A DNA stretch of 64,000 bases from Leptolyngbyaceae cyanobacterium. Lineage in GTDB: Bacteria; Cyanobacteriota; Cyanobacteriia; Phormidesmidales; Phormidesmidaceae. Shown here piece after piece: positions 57,466 through 64,000 of this stretch (position 1 is its first letter; every line of letters begins with the position of its first letter). The stretch is from the NCBI GenBank assembly GCA_965263355.1, contig CBDHHL010000032.1, positions 1,120,001-1,184,000 of the forward strand. Direction: 5' to 3'. A program made the translations under genes and the position numbers. The notes beneath the pieces are model-generated. The model did no database searches. It was not told the DNA's origin and saw only the letters and a list, made by a program, of their open reading frames with translations.

Positions 57466-58623
57466 ATGAATAAGTGGTATCGGTTGACGGCGATTGCAGC
57501 GTTGATTGCTGTAATTGTTGTAACTGTACGTACCTGCCAATCGTCAGGAGATACGTTAGACAGTATCCAGAATCGAGCAGAGGCTGATGATCAAGAGGCG
57601 GCTGAACTCACCCTTAAAGATGTCACTCTGGAGCAGCCTGATGGTAGTGGTGGGTTGCTTTGGCGGGTTAAGGCAGCAGCAGCGACCTACAGCCCGGATC
57701 GACGTTTAGCTAGCCTGAAAGCGCCAGAGGGTGAACTTTATCAAGATGGTAAACTGCTTTATCAAGTTAGAGCTGATCAGGGCGAAATTCGTGACAATGG
57801 TGAGTCAATATTTTTGCAAGGTAATATCTTGGCAACTAGTCCAGATAATCAGCTGACGCTTAAGGGAAATAGCTTAGAATGGACCCCAGATAAAGATTTA
57901 CTATTGGTTCGCGACAGTATTAGCGGGGAGCATCCACAGCTAAAAGTAACGGCTCAAGAAGCACGATTATTTAATCGCACCCAACGTTTAGAGCTGCTTA
58001 GGGGCGTGATTGCTAAAACTCAGCAGGAACCCTGGCTAGGATTTGAGTCAGATAAATTAGTATTGCTGTTAGATAAACAAAAGCTAGAAACCGATACTCC
58101 CTTAAAGGTAGAGCGCTATATTTCCAAAACTGATCAAACAGTAACTGATCGGTTAGTTGGTCAACAAGGGGAGTATGACCTCACCAAGCAACAGGCAATA
58201 TTGCGACAGCAGGTGCAGTTAAACGCGCTTAAAATACCATTACAAACGAATAGTGATATTGCTATTTGGTCAGTTAAAGCTGGCACAATCGTAATTAACA
58301 AGCCCGTTCAGATTCAGCAGCCCAAGCGTAAATTGGCAGCTAATGCTAACCAGGGCCGTCTTAATCTAAATACGCAAATCCTGGTGCTAAGGGGGAATGT
58401 ACGTACAGTTAGCAAAGATCGAGCATCGTTGTTACTGGCAGACCAGCTAACCTGGAATATGCAAACCCAGAACGTAGATGGCAGAGGTAATGTCAGCTAT
58501 CGCCAACGAGACCCGGCAGCGACTGTTAATGGAGATCGAGCCGTTGGTAATTTAGATAAGCAGACGGTGGTAGTCACCGGTAAAAATGTTGTCACTGAGA
58601 TTGTGCCGTTGGGGATTGAATGA
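57466..58623 (+). CDS. lptC: LPS export periplasmic protein LptC (cyanobacterial type)
   Basis: N-terminal anchor, LKDVTLEQ..G.LLWRVKA and beta-jellyroll repeats. It follows the NYN gene, as is usual in cyanobacteria. Confidence 0.82.
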   Translation: MNKWYRLTAIAALIAVIVVTVRTCQSSGDTLDSIQNRAEADDQEAAELTLKDVTLEQPDGSGGLLWRVKAAAATYSPDRRLASLKAPEGELYQDGKLLYQVRADQGEIRDNGESIFLQGNILATSPDNQLTLKGNSLEWTPDKDLLLVRDSISGEHPQLKVTAQEARLFNRTQRLELLRGVIAKTQQEPWLGFESDKLVLLLDKQKLETDTPLKVERYISKTDQTVTDRLVGQQGEYDLTKQQAILRQQVQLNALKIPLQTNSDIAIWSVKAGTIVINKPVQIQQPKRKLAANANQGRLNLNTQILVLRGNVRTVSKDRASLLLADQLTWNMQTQNVDGRGNVSYRQRDPAATVNGDRAVGNLDKQTVVVTGKNVVTEIVPLGIE

Positions 58624-59932
58624 TTTCATTCCTTTTGGGGTCGCCCAGGCGATAAGGATCTTTATTGAACTGAAGTTTAGGCTTGATTTGCGTGGGCACC
58701 TGACTAGCTTTACCCCACTGTTTTTCAAGGGCTGCGAGTAAACGGTCTTGACGAGCACGTAAGGTTTCTAGACCTGAGCCGTAATTGATAATTGCAAACC
58801 AAACAATGCCTTTTTTCTCAGTCGGGAATGCTCCCGCTAGGGCACTGACAACGGCTAGGCTGCCTGTTTTTACCGATGCATTAGTCGGTATTGTACGGTC
58901 AATCAGGGTGCCCACATCGGTACCTGAGACTGGAAATAAATCAGCAAAATTTAACCCCTGGGCCTGTAGTCGAGTTTGAATAGCTTGCATCAATATAATT
59001 ACGGCTCGTGCCGAGAGCTGATTGTCTTCTCCGAGGCCAGAGCCATTGATCAGGCTAATTTCACCAGGTGTGACCCCCATCTGCTCTGCAATTTTAACCA
59101 CCTTAGTAGGACCGCCTGACAAATTAGCAATCATCTCGGACATCACGTTATTACTATAAATGTTCATTGCCTTGAGAATCATGGCCAGCGGTAGTGACTT
59201 GTGGCGTATTAGCCAGCCTGAGGCTTGATTGATGGTGGTAGCTGCAGAGGCGATTTGTACTGGACCTTGAATCTGCAGAGTGGGTTTGGGGGTACCTGGT
59301 GGCAGAGTGGCATACTGTTTATCAACTTCCCAGCCCCATGTGGCCGAGTTCATGGCTTGCTTGAGTAATTCCCCTGACTCTAGTGGGTCTGTTTTGAAAT
59401 TCATCACAAACTGATCAACGACAATCAGACTGCCTGTGACTTGTTGGATGCCAAGTTGTTGTAGCGTATTACCTAGAGTGATGCCTTCTTCCCAGACGAA
59501 TAATGGATCATAGGCACCCTTAACAATCAAATTACCCTGGAGTACGCCATTGGCAATCGTCCCTTGCCAGCCAATAAAGGTTTCAAACTGATGATTAGTG
59601 CCATAGGTTTCAAGGGCTGCCAGGGTAGTGGCCACTTTGGTTAAAGAAGCTGCTGGTAGACGACGCGACTCCTGATGTCGAGCCACGGGATAGCGACCAA
59701 CATCGATGGCAACACTCTGTTGGTCTGGCGAAAATCCGAGGCTAACCAGGTCAGCCAGGTAGCCATTGAGAATGTTTTCAGCCGCTGGGTCGGCGACTAA
59801 ACGCTGTTGGAGCCAGGGAGATTCCCAGGTGGGGCGAATATCTACAGTAGCGAAATTAACGCTGGCAATGGGCTGCCAGGGGCGAGGTCCAATCAGAGCA
59901 GAAATGAAGGCTAGGGGTAAAAGCCAGTTCAC
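58592..59932 (-). CDS. dacB: D-alanyl-D-alanine carboxypeptidase (peptidase S13)
   Basis: PAASLTK (SxxK), YSNN (SxN), NGSGL and VKTGSL (KTG). Confidence 0.9.
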   Translation of the reverse strand: MNWLLPLAFISALIGPRPWQPIASVNFATVDIRPTWESPWLQQRLVADPAAENILNGYLADLVSLGFSPDQQSVAIDVGRYPVARHQESRRLPAASLTKVATTLAALETYGTNHQFETFIGWQGTIANGVLQGNLIVKGAYDPLFVWEEGITLGNTLQQLGIQQVTGSLIVVDQFVMNFKTDPLESGELLKQAMNSATWGWEVDKQYATLPPGTPKPTLQIQGPVQIASAATTINQASGWLIRHKSLPLAMILKAMNIYSNNVMSEMIANLSGGPTKVVKIAEQMGVTPGEISLINGSGLGEDNQLSARAVIILMQAIQTRLQAQGLNFADLFPVSGTDVGTLIDRTIPTNASVKTGSLAVVSALAGAFPTEKKGIVWFAIINYGSGLETLRARQDRLLAALEKQWGKASQVPTQIKPKLQFNKDPYRLGDPKRNEIIQSPTAQSQ

Positions 59933-59974
59933 GGCAGTCGGTTATCAGCGGTTTTACTGGCTAAACATACACCA

Positions 59975-60040
59975 GTAGGGTGAGCATTGCCCACCAGATA
60001 ATTGGGCGGAAATGATAATGTAAGCAATGCCCACCAGATA
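59975..60040. repeat. two REP-like units
   Basis: GTAGGGTGAGCATTGCCCACCAGATA and GCAATGCCCACCAGATA. Confidence 0.6.
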
Positions 60041-60054
60041 TGGACAAATAGGGT

Positions 60055-60717
60055 ATGGCAAAGACAGACGAGAATCAGGGGTTACGACGACTACCCCTGA
60101 TTGTAGGCAGTGTGGGTGGTACATTACTGATGCTAAATCGCCTGTTGACCCCCGTGGTGACTGACTCTCAGGCCAGGGCCGATGTGGTCGGCGTCTTTCT
60201 CAGTGCAATTTTGATTTTGACCACGTTGCTATGGCGTCAGATTCAGCCGATACCTCCAGAAGCCGTTATTTTAGACGGGAAAGAAGGCTTTGAGCTGGCG
60301 GATAACTTGTCAGAGGCGCTGGCGACTGAACTGGCTTGGGCATCTCATATGTTGCTAACCAATACGGCAACTCGTTCGTTAGTAGCTTACTACGATGGCC
60401 AGGTGCTTATGCGGCGTGGTGTTTTGGGACCTAATAAAGATATAGCAGTGGGGCCAATTTTAGAGCGGGCCTTGACTCAAAAAAAGCCAGTGTATTTGGT
60501 CAGTCTGAAGCTTTACCCTGGCAAAGTGGAATTTAATTATTTACCTGGAAATATCCAGGGAATTATTTGTCAGCCCATGGGGGATAAGGGGGTGTTAATC
60601 CTGGGGGCAAATGCCCCTCGTAGCTATACTAAGCAGGATGAAATTTGGGTTGAAGGTATTGCGGATAAGCTGGGAGCCAGTTTGGATGCTTTAGCTGCTA
60701 CTGAAGTAACTACTTAG
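60055..60717 (+). CDS. cofactor assembly of complex C (cytochrome b6f heme ci) CCB2/CCB4-family protein
   Basis: LRRLPLIVG, SQARAD, ELAWAS..LL.NT, LKLYPG..EF.YLP and RSYTKQDE.W. Confidence 0.85.
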   Translation: MAKTDENQGLRRLPLIVGSVGGTLLMLNRLLTPVVTDSQARADVVGVFLSAILILTTLLWRQIQPIPPEAVILDGKEGFELADNLSEALATELAWASHMLLTNTATRSLVAYYDGQVLMRRGVLGPNKDIAVGPILERALTQKKPVYLVSLKLYPGKVEFNYLPGNIQGIICQPMGDKGVLILGANAPRSYTKQDEIWVEGIADKLGASLDALAATEVTT

Positions 60718-60791
60718 GCCAATTTAATTTAAGTCAATGGTCTTGTATTCTGTCTATTGTGCTGATGTTTAGCCGATAGGAGCAAAGCGTA

Positions 60792-61061
60792 ATGGCCAAG
60801 TTTGTTATGTGGGGCAGCTACTGTGAGAACGCATTGGAGAAACGTACTCCCTATCGTGTTGATCATTTAGCTGGTTTACAGGAGCAAAAAGATAATGGAG
60901 TGTTGACTTCACTGGGGCCAACCACTGACAATCGTAAAGTATTTGGCACCTATGAAGCTGAGGATGAGGCAACAGTTCGACAGCTAGTGGAGAATGATCC
61001 CTACTGGGTCAATGGTATTTGGACCGAATATGAGGTTTACGAGTGGAATCAGGTGTTTTAG
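60792..61061 (+). CDS. YciI-family protein
   Basis: KRTPYRVDHL, LGPT and ENDPYW. Confidence 0.88.
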   Translation: MAKFVMWGSYCENALEKRTPYRVDHLAGLQEQKDNGVLTSLGPTTDNRKVFGTYEAEDEATVRQLVENDPYWVNGIWTEYEVYEWNQVF

Positions 61062-61215
61062 TTTCCAAAAACTAGCTAAAAGCCTAATTTAATTGTGTTT
61101 AGATGTTTTAAGAAAAGGGAGAACTTCTCTAAGAGAGATTATGACCTAGTGTAGATCTACAGCATATGCCTCAGTGCTACATAACCCAATGTTGTTTGAA
61201 TTGTCTACCAGGATC

Positions 61216-62867
61216 TTATCCTCGAATAACCGTAATTTGTCGTTCATTAACTATTGTAGCGGTTTCTGTTGTAGCCCGTTCAGCAATCGGCGGTAACCCT
61301 TCCCGCTGATCAAAAATAACCAACCAGCCAACGTCTAATCCTAACCCAGCCAGATACTTGTCTAACTGCACCAGACCAATATTCAACGGATCTGAACGTC
61401 CCTGTCACCACACCTTTAGTTCAATACCCAGGGTTACTGCGCCATAACGCAAACATAGCTCTATTCGATCTGTACCAATTGCATATTCTCTCTCCAGTGT
61501 TCCACCACCATTGACCACCCGATGTAAAAAGGCCATCATCACCAAATGGGGTGCAATCTCATGATAAGGCGCACTCTTAAGCAACGGTTGTCCATGCTGT
61601 CGCCAGAATGAGAGAAATGCCTCTAACAACTTGTCCACATCCAATTGACCATCAGGCTGTAGCCAGGTGGGATTAATCTGAGGCAAACTGTCCTGGGGGC
61701 CGCTGGCCAGCATCCGAGGCAAAATTTCTTGATGAATGCGGTTAGCGATCACCACCCCTCCTGCAGACGATCTACGTAGCAGGCCTAAATCTACTAAATA
61801 GTCTCGATCATCCAATGGAATTGGATCCAGCTCTTGCCCTGCCATCAGAGGTTCAATCACCGCTCGAATCCGAGATTCCTCTAATCGATCTGCCAAACTA
61901 TCCAGATGGGTATCCCTTCGCTGAATGAGAATTTCTTTGACTTGATAAATATGGTCAGGGGTAATGGTCGTTTGTTCATCGGGAACAATTTCTTCTACAA
62001 TTTCCTTAGCCATTGCATTTACAAGCCAGGGTTGTCCTTGGGTTAGCTCAAATACTGTCGCCAATGCTTCAGGTGTAAATGGTTGTCCTGTCGCGTCGGT
62101 AAGTACCTATGCAGAATTAGTTACAGAACAGTTTTTGAATAGCTACCTAAAATCAGACCATTCCGTCAAAGTCTTTTGTAAGAAATTTTGCATGCCTACT
62201 TATGTTGTTGATACAGCTGACTCACTTCTGTCTGAGTAAAATTAGACAGCGTTAATGACCGCACCTTAATGTTGAACGGACTAGCGGTTTGCAGACGAGT
62301 ACGTCCTCCCGATGTGACTTTATAATCACGGACGTCTCTCATGCCAATTAGGGCGAGGGAGTGGGGAAAGTGCTCAGGTCGTCGGGGATAGCCATCGCGC
62401 AGCTGTCGCAGCACCGAAATCAGGGCATCATCTGTGAGTGAATCGATTTCGTCAATAAAGACTACCAGCGGGCGAGGGCAGACCCTCGCCCAGACCTGTA
62501 GGGCAGCACCAATGCGGCGTCCATCTTCAGCGTCAGGCCAGGGTGGGGGTTGCAATTCATCCGGTAGGTCAGACTGAGCGGCCCCTCTCCAGGCATCCAA
62601 GATTACCCGTTCGGCTTTGCCGGGATCGTGGCTAAAGGGCTGACCGACTTCAGCAGACACCATAATGGCGCAATAGTCGCCTCCGGCGGTTAGTTGCCGA
62701 GCTAAGGCTAACATGGCAGTGGTTTTGCCGGTTTGGCGGGGTGCATGGATGACAAAATAGCTTTCCTGGGCAATCAGGCGATCTAAGGGGGGAAGTCGCG
62801 GGATTGCCGGTAGCATATAGTGCTTATCCGGACGGCAGGGGCCAGCGGTGTTAAACCATTTGGGCAT
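61216..62867 (-). pseudogene. AAA-like P-loop ATPase (PD-(D/E)xK C-terminus) pseudogene
   Basis: MPKWFNTAGPC, APRQTGKTT, FIDEID, SPFNIK, GQPWLVNA and RRDTHLDSL. It is interrupted by a 101-bp insertion at 62101-62201 and an in-frame TGA at 61405-61407. The reading continues QGRSDP...GWLVIFD...TVIRG* to 61216. Confidence 0.9.
62102..62200. mobile_element. 99-bp MITE with TA duplication (IS630/Tc1-type)
   Basis: TA-AGTACCTATGCAGAATTAGTTACA...TGTAAGAAATTTTGCATGCCTACT-TA. The 24-bp TIRs match 18/24, and removal restores LYQQH-TDATGQ in frame. Confidence 0.85.
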
Positions 62868-63061
62868 GGATGGGACCAGATGAAATTCCCTGAAGTATAG
62901 CAATTGCTAGCATTCTGGCTGAGTCAGCGCCAGCCTAGAACATATGTGCCATTAATTTGTAATGGCGTTCCTACTCTCCGATAAGTGCCCCCTTGCCTCA
63001 ATTAGGTCTAATCAGCTCTACAATAAGGATTCAAGCTAAACAAGACTGAAGCTTATTTGCT

Positions 63062-63478
63062 ATGGCCGCTAAAGATGCCTATCACGATATGGTAAAAGCC
63101 GCTTTGCAAAAGGATGGATGGACTATTACCCATGATCCATTAGTGCTAGAACTATCATCGGGACGGCTTGAAATTGATTTAGGTGCTGAGCAATTGGTTG
63201 CAGCTCAGAAAGAAGATGTTCAAATTGCAGTGGAAATAAAGAGTTTTTTAGCTCCTTCGCTAACATCAGAATTTCACAATGCATTAGGACAGTTTCTCAA
63301 CTATCGAGTAGCCTTAAAAGTAAAAGAGCCTACACGAACTCTTTTTTTGGCAGTGCCAATCAAGGTCTATCGGAACTTTTTCTCTGGGGAATTAGCACAG
63401 CTGAGTGTGGCTGAGTATCATGTCAAGCTTCTCGTTTTTGATCCTGAACAGGAGGAGATTGTAAAATGGAGCAGTTAG
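63062..63478 (+). CDS. xisH: XisH-family protein
   Basis: KDAYHDMVKAALQKDGWTITHDP, IDLGAE, AVEIKSF and ALGQFLNYR. Confidence 0.95.
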   Translation: MAAKDAYHDMVKAALQKDGWTITHDPLVLELSSGRLEIDLGAEQLVAAQKEDVQIAVEIKSFLAPSLTSEFHNALGQFLNYRVALKVKEPTRTLFLAVPIKVYRNFFSGELAQLSVAEYHVKLLVFDPEQEEIVKWSS

Positions 63479-63801
63479 ACCAATATCGTCAGTGGATTCA
63501 ACAAGTGCTGACGACCCATAACAATTCAAAACCGTCCTATGGAAATTTAGAACAGTTTACGGTTTTTGATACTCAGAATGATCATTATCAGTTGACAACT
63601 GTTGGTTGGGATGGTGATCGCCGGGTATTTAGTTGTCTAATCCATATTGACATTAAGAATGAGAAGATTTGGATTCAACATGATGGAACTGAGGTAGGTG
63701 TGGCAAATGAACTGGTTGGGTTAGGGGTACCTAAGCAGTCAATTGTAATGGGTTTTCATGATCCGAATGCGCGTCGGTTGACAGACTTTGCGGTAGGTTA
63801 A
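63466..63801 (+). CDS. xisI: XisI-family protein
   Basis: DHYQL..VGW, IHIDIK..KIWIQHDGTE and LGVPKQSIVMGFH. Confidence 0.95.
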   Translation: MEQLDQYRQWIQQVLTTHNNSKPSYGNLEQFTVFDTQNDHYQLTTVGWDGDRRVFSCLIHIDIKNEKIWIQHDGTEVGVANELVGLGVPKQSIVMGFHDPNARRLTDFAVG

Positions 63802-64000
63802 ATCTGTTGAACGGTAGAGTTCGCAGATACTTTCCATCAGGTTAGTCAACGTCAGTTCGCAGCATCGGCTGAGACCGGGTGAGTGCTATCGGAGGTAAAG
63901 GGTTGAGCGTTGATGCGATCAATGAAACCCCACCCATAAAATCAAGGGTGTCATCTAGAGGGCATCCACCGTCCACCATGTATAGAATGGACGGTTGGAG

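Noticed and set aside
2475..59978. Numerous short ORFs overlapping or antisense to long genes (e.g. 2475-2759, 4004-4360, 21618-21923, 40598-40978, 44805-45161)
   Set aside because: These are shadow frames of well-supported genes, without motifs or independent RBS.
61405..61407. In-frame TGA codons (here and 14125-14127) as recoding or selenocysteine
   Set aside because: Both genes carry other inactivating lesions, and the positions correspond to a probable Arg and a conserved Trp, so ordinary nonsense mutations explain them.
63062..63801. xisH/xisI as evidence of an fdxN excision element
   Set aside because: No xisF recombinase or nif genes are visible, and xisHI pairs are common stand-alone multicopy loci in cyanobacteria.
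63830..64000. Hairpin CCACCGTCCA...TGGACGGTTGG and an open minus-strand frame at the window end
   Set aside because: It is cut by the window edge with no recognisable RNA or protein motif, so it cannot be assigned.

Overview
This is a chromosomal segment of a cyanobacterium, shown by psaAB, ndhF1, a CCB cytochrome b6f assembly gene, xisH/xisI, Uma2 genes and many HIP1 GCGATCGC octamers. A filamentous Leptolyngbya-like strain is an inference only. Most of the window is housekeeping: a HetF-like CHAT protease, ggt, ndhF1, an MscS-DEP fusion, a MoxR triad, gpsA, psaAB, a flotillin pair, pgk, usp, rbgA, a HepA-like glycosylation cluster, an amidase, exbB, NYN, lptC and dacB. Several elements are decayed: a glpK pseudogene, a GT4 remnant, an IS630 remnant, a Uma2/Dcm/TOPRIM mosaic and an AAA-ATPase pseudogene interrupted by a MITE. 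Two copies of a 139-bp MITE carry 8-bp target-site duplications. The most unusual locus is a co-oriented minus-strand cluster at 33844-42378. It runs SARP(BTAD)-NB-ARC-WD40 regulator, then a promoter with SARP-type phased heptamer repeats, a secreted protein with 11 N(S/G)xSL(N/D)G(Q/H)APK repeats, a secreted ADYC-domain protein, a bacterial GRAS-family (methyltransferase-fold) protein and a ScyB-like tryptophan dehydrogenase. This is a candidate undescribed indole-derived signalling or biosynthetic system. All family assignments come from motif recognition by eye; no database searches were run.
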